Assembly (NCBI GenBank): GCA_963773065.1
Contig: CAVYZN010000027.1
Coordinates: 32,001-96,000 of the forward strand
DNA length: 64,000 nucleotides
Direction of reading: 5' to 3'
Source: an uncultured Gammaproteobacteria bacterium
GTDB lineage: Bacteria > Pseudomonadota > Gammaproteobacteria > UBA9214
The position numbers and the translations under genes were made by a program. The notes beneath the pieces were generated by a model that worked only from the letters and a program-made list of their open reading frames with translations, was not told where the DNA came from and made no database searches. Below, piece by piece: positions 57,260-64,000 of the stretch (the first letter of the stretch is position 1; each line of letters starts with the position of its first letter).

Positions 57260-59065
57260 TCAGTGTCCCGCGTACATAGCCGCGACCGCATCCTCGAAGT
57301 GCGCCATGATGCGGCTACGCTTGAGCTTCATGGTGGGTGTAATCAGGCCATTGTCCACGCTCCAGTGCTCGAGTGTGCTGGTGGCGCGATGGATCTGGGC
57401 GTAACCGGGAAATTCAGTCAGGCGGCTGGCCAGTCTTTCGAGTACGGCCTTTTCCATGGCCTCGCTCTGCAGCGCGGTGGGATCGGCGGGATCCAGCTTC
57501 AGGTCACGCGCCAGCGCCTTCCATTGTTCCGCATTCAATACCGTGAGGGCCGTGAGGTAGGGTCGTGAATCACCGAGGATCATCACCTGTTCAAACAGCG
57601 GGTCGAGTAGAATCGCCATTTCCATGTCGGCGGGCGGGAGCTTCTCGCCATTGGCCAGCACAATGATTTCCTTCAGGCGGCCGGTAATGTAGACATGGTT
57701 GTTCTCGATCCGCGCCTGGTCACCGGTATGCAGCCATCCGTCGGCATCGATGATATCCCGGGTAGCCTCGGGATTGTCCCAGTAGCCCAGCATGACACAG
57801 GGACCGCGGGTCAGCAGTTCATCGTTCTCGCCAATACGCACCTCGACATTCCGCAGGGGAATGCCGACACTGGCCGGGTCATTGTCGTCGGACGTGTTGC
57901 AGGCAATGATCGGACTCGTCTCGGTGAGCCCGTAACCCTGGACCAGATTGAGGCCAAGCCCGATGAACACCTTCGCGATCGCGGGTGGCAGGGGCGCGCC
58001 GCCCGCCGCGGCGAGTCGCATGCGGCCGCCCAGTTTCGCCATGATCTTGCCGGCCACCAGTTTGTCGAGCAACGGCCATAGCAGAAACGCGGGATGCCAG
58101 CCGCCCCGCCCCTGGCGCCGGAGGAAACGCCTCCAGCCGGTATCGACGGCCAAGTTGAACAGCCGGGTGGCGAACGGCGGTTTCTCCGCCAGTCCGGCCA
58201 TGATCTTGTTGTAGACGCGCTCGTAGATGCGCGGCACCGATATCAGCACCGTCGGCCTGATGGTGAGCAGGTCCTCGGCGAGCTGCGGAATGGAACGCGC
58301 GTAGGCCACGGTTGCGCCTATCATCATGGGGGCGTAGTAGCCGACCGTGCGTTCGAAGGTGTGTGACAGCGGCAGAAAGGACAGCAAGATGTCTTCCCGG
58401 TACATGGGTACGAATTCCAGACCGCTGTCGGCATTGGCCAGAATATTGCGGTGGCTCAGCATGACGCCCTTCGGCCGCCCCGTGGTGCCCGAGGTGTAGA
58501 CGATGGTCGCCAGCTCACCCGGTGCGACGTCATTGGCCAGCAATTCACCACGCGCGGCGGGCAACCAGTCCGCGACCGCTTTGACGCGTGTTTCCCCTTT
58601 CGGGACATCGACGGGTTCCTGCGTGACGATGCGCGCCAGGGTGCCGAGCTGATCGTACACCGTCAGCAGCCGCTCCCAGTGTTCCGCGCCCCGGATGAAC
58701 AGCAGCTTGACGCCGGCATTGTTGAGGATGTAGGCGGTATTCTCGGGCCGGTCATCCAGGTAGAGGGGAACGACGACCAGGCCTGAGCCGAGGGCCGCCT
58801 GGTCGAAGATGACCCATTCCCTGCAGTTGCGCATCAGGATGGCGACCCGGTCGCCGGGCCGGAGATCTTCCCTGGCGAGGGCGGCCTGCCAGTGCGCGAC
58901 GGCGGCGGCCATGTCGGCCCAACTCGAATCCTGCCATCGTCCCTTGGTCTCGTCATAGTGACGGTAGGCGATGGCGTCGGGGCTGCGGCGCACCCGTTCG
59001 CGAAACAGGCCGGCGAGCGTGCCCGCGGTTTCGGCGGATATCTTGTCGATGGTACCTGGGGTCAT
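57260..59065 (-). CDS. Long-chain fatty acid--CoA ligase (AMP-dependent)
   Basis: YTSGTTGRPKG, FLPLSH, GYGLTET, GWLHTGD, LITPTMKLKR. Confidence 0.93.
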   Translation of the reverse strand: MTPGTIDKISAETAGTLAGLFRERVRRSPDAIAYRHYDETKGRWQDSSWADMAAAVAHWQAALAREDLRPGDRVAILMRNCREWVIFDQAALGSGLVVVPLYLDDRPENTAYILNNAGVKLLFIRGAEHWERLLTVYDQLGTLARIVTQEPVDVPKGETRVKAVADWLPAARGELLANDVAPGELATIVYTSGTTGRPKGVMLSHRNILANADSGLEFVPMYREDILLSFLPLSHTFERTVGYYAPMMIGATVAYARSIPQLAEDLLTIRPTVLISVPRIYERVYNKIMAGLAEKPPFATRLFNLAVDTGWRRFLRRQGRGGWHPAFLLWPLLDKLVAGKIMAKLGGRMRLAAAGGAPLPPAIAKVFIGLGLNLVQGYGLTETSPIIACNTSDDNDPASVGIPLRNVEVRIGENDELLTRGPCVMLGYWDNPEATRDIIDADGWLHTGDQARIENNHVYITGRLKEIIVLANGEKLPPADMEMAILLDPLFEQVMILGDSRPYLTALTVLNAEQWKALARDLKLDPADPTALQSEAMEKAVLERLASRLTEFPGYAQIHRATSTLEHWSVDNGLITPTMKLKRSRIMAHFEDAVAAMYAGH

Positions 59066-59076
59066 GCCGGATGCCC

Positions 59077-61124
59077 TTATTCTGAAGAGCTGGATAACAT
59101 ATCCCAACCCGGGTCGGGGGTGAAACGTTTGCCGCGCAGCTGTTGCAGGTGCTGCAATTGCCCGCGCATGACTTGCGGGCCGATGGCCTCGATGTGATGC
59201 ATGGGCCCGCCGCGAAACGGCGCGAAGCCGGTGCCGAATATCATGCCCGCATCCAGCAAATCGCTATTTTCCACTACCCGTTCGCGCAGGCAAGCACCGC
59301 TTCGTTCAACAGGCGCAGCACCAGCCGGTCGGTGATCTCCGGCAGGTTCCAGTTGCCGCCGGTCGTACCCGGTTTGACCGCCTTGCCCTTGTTGTAGCGG
59401 TAGAAACCGCGGCCGGACTTTTTGCCGAGGTGGCCCGCGGCCACCAGTTGCTGCAGGCGCGCGGGAATTTCGGCATGAAAATGTTCGGCCAGTATCTCCG
59501 CGACATGCAGGCAGATATCCAGCCCGGTCGTATCGGCCAGCTCCATCGGACCCATGGGCATGCCGAAGGCGGTAGCGGCCCGGTCGATGACGGCGGCCGG
59601 AACGCCTTCGGACTCCAGTAGGACGGCTTCCAGGAGATAGGGCATGAGTATGCGGTTGACCAGGAAGCCGGGCGTGCTGGTCACCGGCAGCGGCAGCCGG
59701 TCGATCAGGCGCGTAAACGCCATGGCCTTGCCCGAGACCTCAGCCGCCGTGGCTTTGCCGTTGACGATCTCCACCAGCTGCATCACGGCAACCGGGTTGA
59801 AGAAATGCAGTCCGACCAGCCGCTCGGGTCGCGCCAGCGCCCCGCTCAGTTCCTCCAGCGGAATGCTCGAGGTGTTGGTCGCCAGGATGGCATCGGCCTG
59901 CATGCGCGGTTCGATGTCCCGGTACAGCGCCCGCTTCACCTCGGCGTCCTCGAAGATCGCTTCGATGACGATGTCGGCGCGCGCAATACCCATGCCCCTG
60001 TGATCCGGCAGCAACCGGTCCAGCGCCGCCTGGATCGCGCGCGGTTCCTGCAGCCTGCGTTTGAACAGCTCATGGGCGCGTTTCATGGCCGGGGCGATGC
60101 GTTCCGGCGACTGGTCCTGGAGCGAAACCCGGAAACCGCGCAGGGCGCACCAGGCGGCGATGTCGCCTCCCATCGTTCCGGCGCCGATGACATGGACGGC
60201 GCGCGGCTTCCAGGTGCTGTCCTTGCCCAGCGCCTTGAGCCGCTCCTGCAACAGATAGACGCGGATCAGGTTGCGAGCCGTCACGCCCTTCACCAGGCGG
60301 GCGATGGAGTCCGCCTCGGCTTGCAGCATTTGCGCGGGATTGTCCGCGTATTTCTGCCAGATATCGATCAGCGCAAACGGGGCCGGGTAATGCAGTCTGG
60401 AAGCCTTGGCCGAGACCCGCCGGCGCAGCACGCGGGCGAGCAGCGGCCGGACCAGGGGGTGGTTCGAGAGCCTGTCCAGCCAGCCGGGCCGCCGCGCCGG
60501 CGGGGCGTCGAGAACCAGTCGGCGGGCGGCGACCCGCAGGTGGCGTTCCGGCGCCACGCGGTCCACCAGCCCGATGCGCCTGGCCTGGCGGACATCGAGG
60601 GTGCGGCCGCTCAGCATCAGGTCCATGGCCTTTAAGCCGCCCACCAGGGGCGTCAGCCGGACGCTGCCGCCGAAGCCGGGATGGATGCCGAGACGCACTT
60701 CCGGCAGACCCAGCCGGGTGCCCGGGTCTTCGCTCGCCACGCGGTAGCGGCAGGCCAGCGCCAGTTCCAGGCCGCCGCCGAGACAGAAGCCATGGATTAG
60801 CGCGACGGTCGGGAAACCGAGCGCCGCCAGGCGGTTGAATACCGACTGGCCAAGCCGGATCAGTTCCAGCGCCTGGGTTTCATTCTGAGGCGGGTGAATT
60901 CATGAATGTCGGCGCCGGCGATGAAACCGTTGGGCTTGTCCGAGAGGATGACCAGCCCGCGCGGGGAACGGTCTCGCGATGGTCTCCAGATGCCGGTCCA
61001 GTTCCCGCAGGACCTCGCTGCTGAGGACATTGGTGCCCGCATCCGCCTTGTCGACGTGCAGCCAGACGATCGTGTCGGCGTCGGTTTCGATCCGGAAATG
61101 GTGCTGTTCGGTGCTGATGTCCAT
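59077..61124 (-). CDS. fadJ: Fatty acid oxidation multifunctional enzyme (enoyl-CoA hydratase/3-hydroxyacyl-CoA dehydrogenase, FadJ-like); frameshifts
   Basis: FIAGADI, LGLPEVRLGIHPGFGG, IGAGTMG, TNTSS, HFFNP, PGFLVNR, GTGFAPFRGGP. Confidence 0.88.
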
Positions 61125-61129
61125 GCGTG

Positions 61130-62440
61130 CTACCCCGCTGTCCGCTCGATTAGCATGGCGCCGCCCTGGCCGCCGCCGATGCACAGGCTGGCGATGCCGC
61201 GCCTGGCGTCGTTGCGCTTCAGCACCTGCAGCAGGTGCAGCACGATGCGCGCGCCGCTCGCGCCCACGGGATGGCCGATGCCGACCGCGCCGCCATCGAC
61301 ATTCAGCCGTTCCTCGTCGATCGGGTCAAACGGCGCGTCCCAGCCCAGTTCGTCGCGGCAGAAGCCGGCATCCTGCCAGGCCGCCAGACACGCGAGGACC
61401 TGGGCGGCGAAGGCTTCGTTGATCTCCCAGTAATCGATGTCGGCGCTGCCGAGTCCATGCCGGCGCAGCAGCGGCGCCATGGCATACACGGGACCGAGTC
61501 CCATCTGGGCGGGATCGAGCCCGGCCCACTGACTGTCGACGAGCCTCCCCAGCACCGGCAGTTGATGGCGCGACACCGCCTCCTCCGAGGCGAGGATGAG
61601 CCAGGCGGCGCCGTCGGTGACCTGGGCGCTGTTGCCGGCGGTCACCGCGCCATAGGGTTTGTCGAAGACGGGTCCGAGGCCAGCCAGTTTTTCCAGGGTG
61701 GAATCCGCGCGCACGCCGTCATCGTGGTCGTAGTAGCCGCCGTGCCGGTCGTAGATGACCTCGATCTCCCCGAGGAGGCCGTCGCGGCGCGCGTTGTCCA
61801 GCCGCTGATGGCTACGCAGCGCGAAGCGGTCCATGGCGTCGCGGCTGATGGCGAAGCGATGGGCGATGATTTCCGCGGTCTGCCCCATCGACAGGCCCAC
61901 GACCGGGTCGGTGAGGCCGCGCAGCAGGCCGATGACCGGCCGCAGATGGGCCGGGCGCAATTGCGTCAAGACCTTGAGGCGCGCCCGCGGCGTGCGCGCG
62001 CCGTTCCATGCCGCGAGCCAGTTGACCATGGCCGCACTGAACAGGATCGGGGCATGGCTCATGGATTCGACGCCGCCGGCCAGCACCAGGCTGGAGCGGC
62101 CGCTGGCAATGTTGCCGGCGGCGGCATCGAGCGCCTGCATGCCCGAGGCGCAATTGCGCTGCACCGTCCAGGCCGGCACGCGTTCCCCGCAGCCTAGGCG
62201 CAGCGAGACCACCCGGGCGATGTTGGCCTCGTTGGCCGACGGCATGACGCAGCCGAGGATGACTTCGTCGAAATCGGCGGGAGGAAACGGCTGGCGGGCG
62301 AGCAAGGGGTTCCCGGCGGCGACCGCGAGGTCGGCAGCCGCAAACGGGCCCGGTTTGCCGCGCGCCTTGAGAAAGGGCGTGCGACACCCGTCGACTATAT
62401 AGACTGGCCGGCCTTGCCGGCCGCCTGCCTGTTCTTCCAT
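61130..62440 (-). CDS. fadI: Acetyl-CoA C-acyltransferase (thiolase, FadI-like)
   Basis: RNCASG, EINEAFA, GHPVGASG, CIGGGQG. Confidence 0.88.
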   Translation of the reverse strand: MEEQAGGRQGRPVYIVDGCRTPFLKARGKPGPFAAADLAVAAGNPLLARQPFPPADFDEVILGCVMPSANEANIARVVSLRLGCGERVPAWTVQRNCASGMQALDAAAGNIASGRSSLVLAGGVESMSHAPILFSAAMVNWLAAWNGARTPRARLKVLTQLRPAHLRPVIGLLRGLTDPVVGLSMGQTAEIIAHRFAISRDAMDRFALRSHQRLDNARRDGLLGEIEVIYDRHGGYYDHDDGVRADSTLEKLAGLGPVFDKPYGAVTAGNSAQVTDGAAWLILASEEAVSRHQLPVLGRLVDSQWAGLDPAQMGLGPVYAMAPLLRRHGLGSADIDYWEINEAFAAQVLACLAAWQDAGFCRDELGWDAPFDPIDEERLNVDGGAVGIGHPVGASGARIVLHLLQVLKRNDARRGIASLCIGGGQGGAMLIERTAG

Positions 62441-64000
62441 GCTGCATGCTCCTTGGTTAGGTGTTCAGGGAGAAATTCGTCGACCTGGATGACCATCCTG
62501 CGCGCCGCGACAGCCGCGCGGATAGCCGCCGCTTCCGGTTCGCCGATCACGCCCGCCGCAACGCCGCCGTCGACGCCATCTTCCGGATCGCCACGGGGCA
62601 GGGCGCCGTCCTGCATGGCCTTACGCAGCTTGCGCAGCGCCGCTTCGGCCGCCGTGCTTTTCTCAAGGGCGTCTTCAAGCTGGGCAAGCGGGGCGTTCGC
62701 GTCACCGGAATATACACGCCTTCCGTCAGGCGGTCGCGCGCCGCGCCCGGCGCGAGGATGAGCTCGGCTACCCGCTGACCGAGTCGATCCCGCGGGCGCT
62801 TGCCGGGTTTGCCGAGCGGGAATGTCAGACAGCGCGTCAACGCGGCGACGAAACGGTTGGGCAGGTTGTCGAGCACCTCGTGCAGGCGTTCCTGGATGTT
62901 GAACAGCAGGTCGGTCGCAGGCCCATTCCAGCAGCGGCAGCTCGTCCTCCGGCGCGCCGTGATCGTAATGGTGCTTGAGTACGGCGCTGCCGAGATACAG
63001 CAGGCTCAGCACGTCGCCCAGCCGGCCGGAGAGGGATTCCTTGCGCTTGAGTGTACCGCCCAGCGACAGCAGCGCCATCTCGGTGGTGACGGCAAAGGCG
63101 AGGCACATGCGCCCGAAACGGCGGTAGTAATGAGCCGCGCACGCCGGTCTCCGGCGCGGCCAGCAGGCGGCCGCCGGTGAGTCCATGAAAGAGGCTGCGC
63201 ACGGTGATGCTCAGGATATGGCTGGCATGACCGAGCAGGGCCGCATCAAACGCCGCCACGTCGTTCTGCGATCGGCGGCTTCCATCTCCCGGAAGAGGTA
63301 AGGGATGGCAGCGGATCGCCCCCTGGCCGAAGATGATCAGGTTGCGGGTAAGGATGTTGGCGCCTTCCACGGTGATGCCGATCGGCAGGGCCTCGTAGCC
63401 GCGCGCCACGAAGTTTCTCGGTCCCATGCTGATGCCGCAGCCGCCCAGGATGTCCATGGCGTCGTTCACCACCAGGCGCATGCGTTCGGTCAGGTGATAC
63501 TTGACGATCGCCGAGGCGACCGAGGGATCCTCGCCGCGTCGAGGGCGGCGGCGGTGAAGCCGCGCGCGGCGTTCATGACGTAGGTAGTGCCCGCGATGCG
63601 CGCCAGCACCTCGCTGATGCCCTCGAACCTGCCGATGGGCTGCTTGAACTGTTTCCTGACGGCGGCATAGGCGCCGATCGCGCGGCTCATCTTCTTGCCC
63701 GACGCGGTGCTCAAGCGCCGGCAGGGAAATGGCGCGCCCGTCGGAGAGGCAGTTCATCAGCATGCGCCACCCCTTGCCGACGCAGGCTTCGCCGCCGATG
63801 ACCCAGTCCATCGGGATGAAGACATCCGTGCCGCGGTTCGGACCGTTCATGAAGGACCTGGTTCATCGGGAAGTGGCGCGTGCCGATTTCGATGCCCGGT
63901 GTGTGCGTCGGGATCAGCGCCAGCGTGATGCCGATGTCCTGCGTGTCGCCGAGCAGGTGATCCGGATCGTAGAGGTGGAAGGCGAGGCCCAGCAGCGTCG
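62395..64000 (-). CDS. fadE: Acyl-CoA dehydrogenase FadE (partial, runs off window; frameshifts)
   Basis: [55 protein letters not shown]. Confidence 0.9.

Noticed and set aside
56841-64000. fad cluster as the DSF synthesis/turnover partner of the RpfC-like kinase
   Set aside because: About 45 kb away and an ordinary fadE-fadI-fadJ-ligase-thioesterase arrangement; no rpfF.

Overview
Chromosomal segment of a probable sulfur-oxidising gammaproteobacterium (dsrS + cysG siroheme synthase, two-subunit pyruvate carboxylase, comEC, Lap system). Layout: (1) 1-5 kb: Sel1 protein-dsrS-grxC-cysG. A 1.6 kb element bounded by CTAAG direct repeats, with no terminal inverted repeats, sits between grxC and cysG. 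It encodes a ~500 aa protein with Rep_trans-like motifs and a C-terminal winged helix, and is the best candidate here for a poorly described mobile-element class. (2) 5-10.5 kb: nested IS pile (ISNCY end relic, IS4 scrap, IS200 tnpA split by an IS1634, group II intron maturase scrap, truncated ISL3, complete ISNCY). The IS1634 transposase carries a 48-nt in-frame two-hairpin insert with CsrA/RsmA-type GGA loops on the opposite strand. (3) 10.5-17.4 kb: RpfC-like hybrid kinase, gltX, IS630, glnS, tRNA-Ala and tRNA-Glu. (4) 17.8-26.8 kb: decaying LapA/LapCE/LapD/LapG biofilm-adhesin locus with an IS3. (5) 26.9-64 kb: housekeeping genes (lolC/E, lolD, comEC, lpxK, ycaR, kdsB, ptp, rne, rluC, HAD, S49 peptidase, maf, pycBA, yceD-rpmF-plsX-fab, pabBC, mltG, tmk, holB, pilZ, tatD) and a fad beta-oxidation cluster. 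Many essential genes carry single-base frameshifts, most likely long-read assembly errors, so frameshifts alone are not treated as evidence of pseudogenes. All family calls come from motif recognition; no database searches were run.
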